A DNA stretch of 64,000 nucleotides, from NCBI GenBank assembly GCA_035221665.1, contig CM069147.1, positions 12,152,001 to 12,216,000 on the forward strand, in the 5' to 3' direction. The notes under the pieces were generated by a model that ran no database searches, had not been told where the DNA came from, and saw nothing but the letters and a program-made list of their open reading frames with translations. Shown here piece by piece: positions 1 through 12,400 of this stretch (the stretch's first letter is position 1; each line of letters begins with the position of its first letter). Origin of the DNA: Okamejei kenojei (taxonomy: Eukaryota). The translations under genes and the position numbers were made by a program.

Positions 1-778
1 GACCAGCCTGGAAGATGCGCCAACCTCACATCCCAGCAACACAGCAACCCAAGAAAGGCCTGTTGAACAAGCCCCACCGGTAACCATGGAGATAAGGGGG
101 TCTGGTTCCCTTGGGAGTGCTGCATGCAAAACCTCACGTAGGAGGGAGATTGCGTCTGTTTGGGGATGCATGAAGTTCTACAACTTCTGACACTTTCATA
201 TTACAAAGTATTCAAGGTTACGAAATTGAATTCATAAACGGACAACTTCCCCCAGCTCAGCATGTACCTAGCCGGAAATTTGTACTTTCTCACAAAGAGA
301 AAATGGAAGGACATGCAGAACTATTAAGATTATACACCAAGGGGGTTATAGAAAAAACGATATATGAACCTCTTGAGTTTGTATCTAACATCTTTACTAA
401 AACGAAAAAAGATGGTGGATGCCGTATCATAATTGATTTAACCCAAATGAATACTTTTGTACAATATACCCATATCAAGATGGAAACATTTGAAACGGCT
501 AAGCAACTGATTTCCAGAGGGTACTTCATGGCCTGCATCGACCTAAAAGGTGCATACTATTCAGTACCTATACATAAACATCACCGTAAATACTTAAAAT
601 TTGTCTGGATGGGGCAGCAATGGCAGTATAAAGCATTACCTAATGGACTTACAACAGCCCCCAGATTATTTACCAAAATACTAAAACCAGTATTGGCGTC
701 TCTATGAAGACAAAACCACATAGTCAAGGCATATCTTGATGACATTCTGATTGTGGGAAAAACTTTGGAATTAGATAA
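1..778 (+). mobile_element. DIRS-type (tyrosine-recombinase) retrotransposon reverse transcriptase fragment, degenerate and 3'-truncated
   Basis: One frame reads VGGRLRLFGDA*...GYEIEF...KKDGGCRIIIDL...IDLKGAYYSVPI...ALPNGLTTAPRLFTKILKPV..*..AYLDDILI. In-frame TGA at 171 and 705; YLDD at 732-743. Confidence 0.8.
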
Positions 779-1488
779 TATTATTTTACTATTCATTTTA
801 TCACCTTCATTCTATGTCCCATAATTCATGGCATCTCTGTCAACAGGAATAATTTCCCTATGAACTTTTACAAAATTTAAAAATCTCCATCAGATCCCCT
901 GACACTTCTGCCAGTTTAGTGAACTGCATTCAGTGATGGAGTGGGTGTGGATGGAGAATTAAAATGCAAGCAATAAGGTAATCATACAATATAGTTTCCC
1001 CCACCATTGAGTGATCGCTTTAACACTATTCAGTCTGCCAGGAAGACTTTTAGCTTCCAATTTTCCTTCATTTTCATTCCCCATTCCGCATCCACTCATT
1101 TTCATTCCGTAATTTTCCTTAATTTTAATTTTCCATTCCGCATCCACTCCATCATCAATGTGGTCTCTTACCCTACAAATCTCAACATGACCTATAATGT
1201 CATCCTCCATCTGAGCACATTACAGAGCACGTAACTCAACACTAATTGCAACAATATGCAGCCATTCCAGTTTGTGTCAGAACTAGCTGATTCTCATCAA
1301 TTTGTAACATTAACTCAATTTTCTTTCTCATGTTATGTTATTTAACTTCCTGTGTATCTTCAATATTTTCATCTCAGATCCAATTCCCACGCCCCTGCCT
1401 TCTCTTCATATTCCAGCAAATTATTTTGTGTTCTCCATTTCATATGCCAGCACCATTTTTCTCACTTCTTCATTCTCTTTCATCTTCA

Positions 1489-1900
1489 TTAAGTAAGTAA
1501 GTAAGTAAGTAAGTAAGTACGTTTATTGGCCAAGTATTCACATGCAAGGAATTTGCCTTGATGCTCCGCCCACAAGTAACAACATGACATACAGTGACAG
1601 TTCCGAATGACTCAGAAAACACTAAACATGAATGATAATAAAACATTAATTTTAAAACACCATTGATCAAGCATGTGAACCAACAAAATACCAGATCAAA
1701 GGGAGGCTACAGATTTTTGGCTGTTGAGTAGAGCAACTACTCGTGGATAAAAACAGTTTTTATGTCTGGCTGTGGCAGCTTTGACAATCCAGAGTCGCCT
1801 TCCAGAGGGAAGTGATTCCAAGAGTTTGTGGCCAGGGTGAGAGGGGTCAGAGATGATCTTGCCCGCTCGCTTCCTGGCCCTTGCAGTGTACTTGTTATCT
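1489..1900 (-). mobile_element. Rex1/Babar-type LINE 3' end with (TACT)n tail
   Basis: Encodes RAGKIISDPSHPGHKLLESLPSGRR...FYPRVVALLN, then a 3' UTR, AATAAA and an (AAGT)n run at 1490-1519 on the + strand. Confidence 0.75.
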
Positions 1901-1939
1901 GCAACTTCTCCGTGCAGTTCAGCTGTGATCAATAAGCCT

Positions 1940-2180
1940 TCACCATCCTCTCTCAGCTACATGACCACCATTACCATGATTCTGCCTCTTGGTTTCCATC
2001 CCATCCCAGGCATTCATTTTGTTCTCTCCACCCAAATTCATTCTCTGTGACTTTAAATGTTTGATTTCAAACTTCTCTCAGTTCTGATGACAGGTCATTG
2101 ACTTGTAATGTTGACTGTGCTTGTTTCTCCACAGATGCTCAATGAACTGATGAATATTTTTCACCATTTTCTACTTTTAC
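1940..2180 (+). mobile_element. Old PLE 3' tail with decayed hammerhead motif
   Basis: cagttCTGATGAcaggtcattgacttgTAATGTTgactg followed by the ccacagatgct tail. Confidence 0.55.
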
Positions 2181-2289
2181 TCCTCACAAACCAGGGAGAA
2201 CAACTCCAGCTTCACCAATCTCTCACAGCCAAGAATCATTCCAGGAAATTTCCTCTTTTGTCTCATCAAAGCCTGTACATTCCAGATAC

Positions 2290-3441
2290 TCTGTACATTC
2301 CCAGATCTGAATCACTGTCATATTTTAATACTCAATTAACATGACAGAATTCATCAAAGTCTTTACATATTTTCTAAAATGTGGAGCCAAGAACAGGACA
2401 AACTAGAATTGCACAAAGCATCATTATGATTTCCTTGTCACCCTTTATAAAGCCCAGAAACCTGTCTATTTTTCAAATACTTTCTCAATCTGCTCAGCCA
2501 TTTTGAACAAACTTTGCAGATATCCCCATATATTTTAGTGGTGTAATCCTTAAAGAATTGATTATTGGTCTAGAATCAACTGCTGAGGAAGAGTTCCCAA
2601 CTTTTGCATGTCTTTATATGTAAACCTATTTCCCAAAAATAATTTCTGAAAGGATTCACTGTTATTTTTAATCTTGGTCTCCACAAGCCGCTGATATAGC
2701 TTTATCTATCGACCCAATTCATTTCCCTATAATCTCATAATATCTCATAAACTTCGATCACATAATCCTTTAACAGCTTAAATTCCATGGAATACAACCT
2801 GGAATATGAAATGGTGAACTGAATTATAATATTTAAACTTACTAGTTAAGTTGATGTGCAAGAATTGCTAGAAATTTCCAAAATATTTCCAACTTTACAA
2901 ATATATTGGCTTCAGTGTTACCACTAAATCATGACATTAATCTAATATCTACACATGTTCTTCGTGACCTGTAATGTTAGTGTTTGACGTTAATAAACTG
3001 AATGTTTTCTGAAAGGAATCCACTTTATCAGCATAGATAAGGTAATGAATAATTCAAACTCACCGTCTCCTGAAACAGGACTGATTTAATATTGTCAAAG
3101 ACATTAAGCAAATGAGATTGTATTGTATGGGAATCAGATGCTTGGCCGAGGATCTCCAGCAGAGTGGGGTCTGATACAAAGAAGAATCTTGGAAATATCA
3201 GCCGTTTCTTTTCCAGGTAACTGATGGTTATGAGTAGCCAGAGAAAGTAGGAAAAATAAAGCAGAGCAAAAATAAATCTCAGTTTCAGTAAACAGTGCTT
3301 TCCCCACATCTCTGAGAAAGTATAAATAATCTGTATTTAACCACAAGAAAATCTAATCAGATAAAACGCGTCTGAATCTGTACATTCCCAGATCTGAATC
3401 ACTGTCATATTTTAATACTCAATTAACATGACAGAATTCAT
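2290..3441. repeat. Perfect 65-bp direct repeat (2290-2354 and 3377-3441)
   Basis: tctgtacattcccagatctgaatcactgtcatattttaatactcaattaacatgacagaattcat occurs twice. Confidence 0.9.
3064..3220 (-). CDS. DNAH5: DNAH5-like exon (eq. exon 32), 157 nt
   Basis: catcag|T+[52 protein letters not shown]|gtgagt. Confidence 0.94.
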
Positions 3442-6400
3442 TCTGAAAGAGACAGTAAAAGAGTAGAGGCTAGTGAACTAGATGATTAAATAATAAACAA
3501 TAGAGGATTAAATCAACCCTCAGTCTTTCGCATCTGTGCACTCACTAAAATGGCTCAGTCACTTTAATCACTATCACTAAATCTCATCACTACATCATCT
3601 CAAAATTAACTCTGTGCTTTACACAGTTCCAGCATTTACCCAGTTAATGATTTCTGACATATTTCAAGTTGCTCCAGAAGATGTGGTAGCAGCCGGACCA
3701 TAGCTTCATCTCCCATGCAACACTGAACCACATTAGGGACTTCATGGGCACGATTCATTATCTTCATCCATGACTTGTCAATATTGGAAAATCTCTTTGC
3801 TTCCTGTTAAGACATAATAGATTTGGTAGATTTATCTTTGCAAATCATTCTGGTTAATGCTTTTTAGAACAAAACCATAATTTCCTTATCCAACATTTAC
3901 AATTTTGCAATTTACAGTTTTACAATTTTTAAAAACTCCTGCCAACCAAAAATAATCTTGGTCCATCAGTCTTTTTTGGGTGATAGGAAGAAAATTGATT
4001 TAAAATCTCAGAAAAAATATATATAATCGCCTGGTTCCAGTAGATGACATTACTTTGGAGATGGGAAAACATGTTGGTAAAGATTTTTTCTTCCAAAATA
4101 CTCTTGCTATATAACCAAATGGAAATGAACTCCTAATGCACAGAGCATCCTGCCCGTCTAGTTAAGGTTTATATCAGAATTCTTATTTTTTTGCATGATC
4201 TGCAATTATGTTTTCCTGATTCCTATGTGAAGCAATAAACAGATTTTTAATATTGAGATATTTCACTTAGTTCCTCATTAGTGTGAATGTCTCATTCCAA
4301 TGAACAGATGTGACATCATTACATCTGATTCTGAAGAATCGTCACCCATCCTTTTTCTTCAGAGATACTGCCTGGTCTGCTGAGTTATTCCAGCACTTTG
4401 CGTCTTTCTGTGATATAATTACAAGTCAGTTTCCCTGAAGACTGATGCACTTTGGATGAGTAAGGTACCATTGCCTAAGGTGCATCACTGGTATCAAGCA
4501 TCACCTTGAAGCAACATAGAAACATAGAAACATAGAAATTAGGTGCAGGAGTAGGCCATTCAGCCCTTCGAGCCTGCACCGCCATTCAATATGATCATGG
4601 CTGATCATCCAACTCAGTATCCCGTACCTGCCTTCTCTCCATACCCTCTGATCCCCTTAGCCACAAGGGCCACATCCAACTCACTCTTAAATATAGCCAA
4701 TGAACTGGCCTCAACTACCCTCTGTGGCAGAGAGTTCCAGAGACTCACCACTCTCTGTGTGAAAAAAGTCTTTCTCATCTCGGTCTTAAAGGATTTCCCC
4801 CTTATCCTTAAGCTGTGACCCCTTGTCCTGGACTTCCCCAACATCGGGAACAATCTTCCTGCATCTAGCCTGTCCAACCCCTTAAGCACCACCACCAATT
4901 CTGGTGTGAACCATTCTCCTCTGGTGCTGTTATTGCCCAGGATATCCAGGAAATACCAGACCCTGCCTCTAATTTACTCTCCTACCACTTCCCTACCACT
5001 TTCCTGGTCATAACAGTTCAATGTAGACAAATTAGAATCGCAGAGGCTCAAACACACTTGATGGAACTAAGTAATGATGATGCTGGCACAGCTTTAGTAT
5101 AATGCAGTTCCTTTGCTTGCTTTGGCGAGGCTGCTTACTGTCAGGAATAAAACAAATGTTAGGAATTCCCCCCTTAATCCAAGAGTCTTGTAACACTATA
5201 TAGTCATCATTTCAGATACATTCATGCTAACCTTTGGTAGCTGCTTGGCAATATCTCCACCCACAAACACTGCTTCCAGATACACCCATAGGTTTTGTAC
5301 AGTCAACCAGCTCTCAATTATATCTATTGTGGAGGATAGGTTGTGCACCCACTTTTGAATAAGTTCTTTAAATGGACCATTGTACCTAAGGAAACAAAAT
5401 ACACATATTAACTAAATTAAAGGTAGACAGCAAATGCTGGAGTAACTCAGCGGGACAGGCAGCATCTCTGGAGAGAAGGAATGGGTGATGTTTCGGGTCA
5501 AGACCCTTCTTCAGACTGATGTCAGGGGAGTGGGAGGTACAGAGATAAAATGTAGTCGGAGACAATAACGGTGGGAGAACTAGGAAGGGGAGAGAGGGAA
5601 GGCAAGGGCGACTTGAAGTTAGAGAAGTCAATGTTCATACCGATGGGCTGTAAGCTGCCCAAGCGAAATATGAGGTGCTGTTCCTCCAATTTTTCACACT
5701 GACAATGGAGGAGGCCCAGGGCAGAAAATTACTTGGTCTGTGGTAATAATTTATTTCCAGTTTCCCACCATTCAGGATATATAGAGGAAATTTAGTGCAA
5801 TAAAAACCCAAGAGGGAATTCAGAACAAATATCGTCACTCAAAGAATATCGATTACGTGGAATTTGGGCTCAAGGAAACAAATAATCTCCCTCTGTTCCT
5901 ATTTCTTCTGGTCTAATTGTCCCCTGGGCTGAGTGGAAATTTAAAATGGCCATTGCAGAGAGTGGTTAAAAAAAGGCATGTTCGTCGTCTGTTGTGAAAT
6001 GATTACTGCCACCAACATTTCACTCCAAATTTACTTAATTAATTGAATTTAAATTCCCTCATTACCACAAAAGAACATGATTGTGTTCCTGCATCCAAAA
6101 TTTCAGGCCACTCGATGCCCGTCCAGTAAGTTAACAGCAAGGTTTCTTGACCATCGTAGCATTAATAATATTATCAACTGCAGCTGTATGAACTTGACAT
6201 TTAAATATGAATATCAGATGAGATAAACTTGCTCAGCTCCTTTGTCACTAAATGAATACATTTTAACTAATACAGATCCCCAAAGGAAAGCTTAATATAT
6301 CTATTAGAAATGCTAAACTAAATTAGCAAGCATAAGTCATTTACAAAAATACAATGATCAGACTCTAATAACTATTGTTTTCAAACTGAAAACTTATCCT

Positions 6401-9400
6401 AGCTAAACCACACTACTCTTCATTCTTTCTTACTTCAGAGTTTCCAACCATTCTTTTTTTTTCATGGCGCACAATACAAATTCCGATATTTTACTGTATT
6501 GTTTGAGAAGATTGATCGCTTGAAGTTCAATTTAATAAAATTGTCCAAAGCTAATTGATAATGCTGGTTTATGTAGCCAAAATTCAAAAAGCTATCTTAA
6601 AATATGCCCATGTAGTTAAAATGAACCATTTCAGATCCTGCACCTCTCTACCGCCAGCACATCCACGTTATTTTGTTCATGCTCTTCAATTAAACTCTCT
6701 CCAACCTCAATATATTGAAATTTTCCACTTAGTCCTTTTTGGAACTGTGAATATCCTCGTCATTCTCAATCTTCCTGACCTTGTAAACTCTATAGATTGG
6801 GTTACAAGTTTTGTATTAACTGAATCCTAAATGTCAATCACTCCCATTACCCTTCTATTCATGACCTTTATCAAATTCTCGTTTCCCGAGTCCTCATTTA
6901 TACCCGAGGCTTCTTCATATGTCTTTCCAATGAAAAAATAGTTTGAAAGTGTTTAATATAAATGCTTCTCAGTTAAAATAATCGTGCAAGAAATAGTTCT
7001 TCGATTTCCACAAATCTACAGTAGTTCATCGAGAAAGCGTTGACTAATATACAATGAAATTAACCCTCAATGTTGAATATTTATTTTCCGATATGTATGA
7101 CTCGCAAAATAGATGTTTTAATAATAAATAAATAAAACTGCCTGTAGTTAGATAATAATCAAGTTAAACACTATCTGGGGGATTAATTAAGGTCCAGACA
7201 AAAATATAGCAAAATAAATAATTTCACTTTTCATTTTTGTTGTTTAATTTCCTTTTATTCTTGACATTTTACTAATCCATTCAAATACAGGGCATGCACG
7301 CAGATCTTACCTGTTGTTCAGGAGGGAAGCAAGAACCATTAAACTATCTTCTGCAAGTGAGATGATCTCAGATGTGTTGTCACCGCGGAGAAGCAGCTCA
7401 CCACGTGATTTAAAGTTGGCAAATGTGAAGTATCGATTATCCCACTCTGCTAAGACTAGCTTCAGCTTCTGTTCAATATCTTTTTCTTTCACAGCACTGA
7501 TGCAAATATCCTAATATCAAAACACAGTAATTATCAGTTCACAAGTTTCCTCAACTCACCTTGTGACTGAAACCGGTCAGTTATAAATCAGAATTGCACA
7601 GATTCAACATCTTTCTTTGAAAATAAGCAGGTTCTTGGATCATATGAAATGATCCCCTGTCAACTATAAATCTGGAGTAGGGGACAGCCTGGTTCGTGGT
7701 TGGTGGTGAGGCAAGGCAGAGGTCAGCATGGGGATAAGTTCAAATGGAGGAAAATGAACAACGTTTAAGTCTGCCAGTCGATACTGCAGACTGTGGTTTA
7801 GATGCCCAGGGGTAATTAGTTGAGCCAAGTTAGGGATGGAAGTGCAGTATAGACAGGGCAATAGTGGGCTGGGAAAGATAGTATGAACAAGCCTGAGTGC
7901 ATGTGTTACTTTAGGAGACACACCCATGGCAGGTTCCCAGCAGGTTCCGACCACGGCCTGCACCCCAGGCAAGCACTGTGGTAGACCACACCACACTGTG
8001 GGTTCCTGCTTCACTAGATTGCAATTGCAAAAGGCTGGGCGTCTTTGCGAATTAGCTCCTAAAACACACATGGGGTCTGGAAGGATAACCATGAGCTTAC
8101 TGTGAGCCTACAATATTCAATTCAAATATGTTTACGTTGGTATTGCATTGCATGTGGAAGGTGGAGGTGGGAGTCGAGGAAGAGGTGGAGTGTTACTCAT
8201 ATAGCTCTGAAACATTATTAATAAGGGCAAATAATATTGAAGGAGAGTGTTATGGTCACCAGTGGCAAAAACTGCAGAAAAGTTGTGCAAAGGCGTGGAG
8301 GGATCGTGCATAGACGGTGGCCCTTATTAATAATGTTTACACGATGTAAACAAGGAAGCCTGATTTGCTGTCTCATATTCCATGTGCAGCCAGACCTGAG
8401 GTGTTCAAATGATGCAAGGAGCAATATATGCATGAAGGGGACCAAGTGTAGATCTCTTGTTGTTTCCAGAGTTACCAACATAGATGACCAGAAAATAACC
8501 TTTTGGTGAGGATGGTCCAGCTATGATTAAATACACAAGAGGCAAAAAATAAATAAAAGCAGCCCTACTGACCAAAACTATTGGAGGAACATGCTATGGT
8601 CACCCGTGGCATAAACTGCAGAAAGGTAGAACAAAAGCACGGAGGGATTGTGCACAGAAGATCGCCTTATAAATAATGATTCAGAGCTACGTCTGTCACT
8701 TTAATTAGAACCTATCAGACATGAAGCTAAGTGAAGATGCTCACTTAAGGATTTTGAAAAGGAAAGGGAATTGGCAGATGGAACTGTTTGTACAGCTTCT
8801 ATAATGTATTGGTGCAAGCAATAACAGAAATATATTCATAAGAATCATCAGATAAATTATTGAATTAATGGAATTAGAAAATGGCTTTGATTTTTAATTT
8901 CTTCCCACTATCCATGCATTGTTCTTTTATTAAATTCACTTTAAAGTCATTGCTGATTATTTGATCATTTGAAACAGTTCTCCAGCATATGGAAAATGCA
9001 GCAGGAAACAGATGTGTTATAACATTTCTTCTCTGGTTATTTTCATGAGAGGAATTTAAATTTGACTTCTGGAATGACTTCTTCATCTTTTAACACAAAC
9101 CATTGATAGAAATTCCCTTCAATTATTAATTTTCTACAAATCAGAACACACCTCAATTTCTTCTTTGTACTTTAGAAGTGGGGCTTCCATTATGTTGGAC
9201 AATTTAAACGTTTCACTGTCAACGTCAAAGTCTTGGTTCATGACACGGCCAATGCCCTGCCAATGACGAGGCATCAAAGCCTTATTGGACATCATCTCCA
9301 ATAGGGGACAACTTTCATTGAAGTCATCGATGGTCTGCTTTAAATCAAGGTAGGCTGGCCATTCCTTCAAACCTCGAGGCAGTTTGCGGCATCTGAAACG

Positions 9401-12400
9401 TATCAGCAACTATTAGATTCCCATCACTTCAAACAAAACTTCCAATGGGGCATAGTCTGCAAATGCATTCATATATTGCTACTATGACCAGATACTTACA
9501 CTATGCTTTAAATCAGATATAAGATCTTTAAAAATAATATCCACTACCTTTTCCAATGAAATTAACCAAAGGGAAATACAGCCAATCTGCTATTGCCTAA
9601 TTTTTACCACATTGAAAGCTCCTCCAGAGTCATCCACTGTGTATTAACAAAACTGGCATCAAATACTTTAATATGAAAATTGGAGGTTTAATGGCTTTGT
9701 ATAATTTATTCATGGCAGAAAAAAAAACCTTTCCAAATCAGTGATTGAAACCATCTGGAACTGCAAGGGCAGCCAACCATTCTGATTTGAAAATAACCTC
9801 ATCCAGAGTCAGAATCCTAGAATTCCTTCCAAGTGGCATTGAGAGCTCTTTCACAGCACAGACCACTGCGGTTCAAGAGGGTGACTAATCTTCCCAAGTG
9901 CAAATTAGGAGAGGAGAATAAATGTTGGTTTTGCAATCTATATTCACATCCATTAAAGCAGCCTCTTATTGATGGATTACTAGATGCTGTTCAAAGGTGA
10001 GGTTTAACTTTCCTCTTGAGCCAAGTTCTGAGGTTAGGAGGAGCAATCGTGTTTCGTTTAATTTCTGTATCAATTCATGTCCTCCTGATTGATTCCACTG
10101 CCCAGATTGTGCTGAAGTTTTTCCAACTCTCCGTGTGACTCTCAGGTTGTCCACTGCCACTACACACACCCTATGTTACTGATAATAAACCATCATGGCT
10201 AATAAACCAATTTGCCTTGGCCCTCACTTTTGATTTGTTATAATATGTATTGGCCCTCCCATTTGACTTGTGTAGTGACACATACCAGTGCCTTTACGAA
10301 ACACACCAACATACAATAAAATCAAGCATACCAGTTCTTCTCCAAAGCAAGCTCATTTAATATAATAGCACTGGACTGAATGCTAATCATAATTAGCTTG
10401 ACATGTGGATAGGAAACGTTTAGAAAGATATGTACCAAACATGGACAAATGAGACTAGCTTAGATAGAGCATCTTAGTTGCCACAGATGGGTTGGGTTGA
10501 TGGACCTGTTTCATGCTGTATGATTCTAAGACTCTGTCTATGTAATGAAAAGTTTCACTGTCAACAGTTCATCAATAGCACAAATCACAAACTTCTGTTA
10601 AACTCACCAGCAAATAATTATAAAGAGTAGAGGCTGCTGAACTTCGTTAGCAATCGCATCAGATTTAATCTCATCAGAAAGGTTTTAGTTCTTTAACATG
10701 AGTAAGCCATAAATTTTTGACAGAATTTGCTGACCTTTCAGCTTGTTTGCTGGGCTCAAAGCAAATACAGTAGAAGTTTGGAAGGTTTTAATTTTGTAAC
10801 TACGAACACAAATAATTAGTGAGGGGATCGTTCCTATCGGACCTTGGGCCAAAGACTAGCTGACTAGTAGTTAATTGCCATAATTGCCAGCATTTCCATT
10901 TTTTTGTTGCGAGGGGTAAACTTGGATGGATTGTAAAATTCTCGCCAAGCCAGAATTAAACATTTCAATATCAGCATGGGTACCAATTCTTGTCCCCAGC
11001 ATCAACACATTCTCAGAAGGATGGGTTCATTCTCTACTTAGTGTCACTAACGAGTTAATTTTGATTTGTTATTAGGTTTACTTGCATAGAAATGTCCTGC
11101 AGGAATATTAAATCTGCACATATAGTCATGGAATGCATTGAAATGTATATCTGGCACTTTGAGACAAAGAACAAAACCATCAACTCCCATGCAAGATTTA
11201 ATAATTAACAGCATCAATAAAACATATTTATTGAAAGATTTGCAGAAATAAAACTATATTCATACTTCATTAAAAAAAAAGGATTTAATTACATGAGGAT
11301 AAGTTACTGGAATGTAGAATGTGTTCAAATTATTTGGAAAATTTGTAATGAGGAACTTTTATCCCCATATTATGTGTATCAGAACATTTGTCTTTCAGAT
11401 TTGGCTTTGTTGTTTTAAAAGACAGATTGGCCTCATTTCTGAAACACCTGCATGAGGTTTGATCCTGGCAAACTATACATTATGATAAATTTAGCAGACA
11501 ATTCAAAATGGTTGCCTGTTTTTTTCTGCAAATACTTTACTGCTCTCAATACATTCATGAGTATCATCGGAAGACAGTTGCATAGAAAGAAGACAGTTAA
11601 CCTGTTCTGAAATTCCAGCAGCTCATTGTTTATCTTCTCTATGTTCACCTCGGCCCAGAGAACTTCAAAGTAGCTGTTCACTGTGTTGATCACATTATTG
11701 TGAAGGCCATAAAGCTTCTGTAAAAGGTTCAGCTCCTTTTTTACCTCCAGCAGCTCAGGGCATTGTGTAACTGGCAGTCCAAAGAGCTCCTCTCCAGCAG
11801 TGCAGGTGTTAAATTTGCGATATAGGTTGTCAAAACGATTCTGAAAATGTTTGACAGGATACATTCTTATGAGGATTTTAATCGGAACAACTTAAGTCAC
11901 CTGAACAATCCCCAAACTATAACACTCTGTTCAGAGATGTAGTTTTGCAAATAATCTTAATTTACCTCAGAAAATATATTTGAAGCTTTACTCGTGATGT
12001 ACAAAGTTGTTTACAGTGCCTTTACGTCTTATATACAAGTAGTAAAATTATAAAGGAAATGTCTCCCTAGAGACTACCTCAAATAACCCTTTAGCTTCAC
12101 AAAGAGGAAAAAGAGATATCCTTGAAAAAAGGAGTCAATTCAAACTAAATATCAGGTAATTCCTTCACATTGTAAGGACTGTGGGAAACACATTATTTCA
12201 TGCAATGCAAAGGTACCAAACTTTCTTTTTAGTTTTGTATATGAAAACCTGATACAATATTTCCACTTGAAGATTATTAAGGGCTTGTACACGCTAGAGG
12301 CAGGAAACATGTTCCCGATGTTGGGGGAGTCCAGAACCAGGGGTCATAGTTTAAGAATAAGGAGTAAGCCATTTAGAACGGAGACGAGGAAACACTTTTT

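Noticed and set aside
7664-8092. 142-aa minus-strand ORF
   Set aside because: No recognisable motif, and not needed between the flanking dynein exons, whose phases already match.
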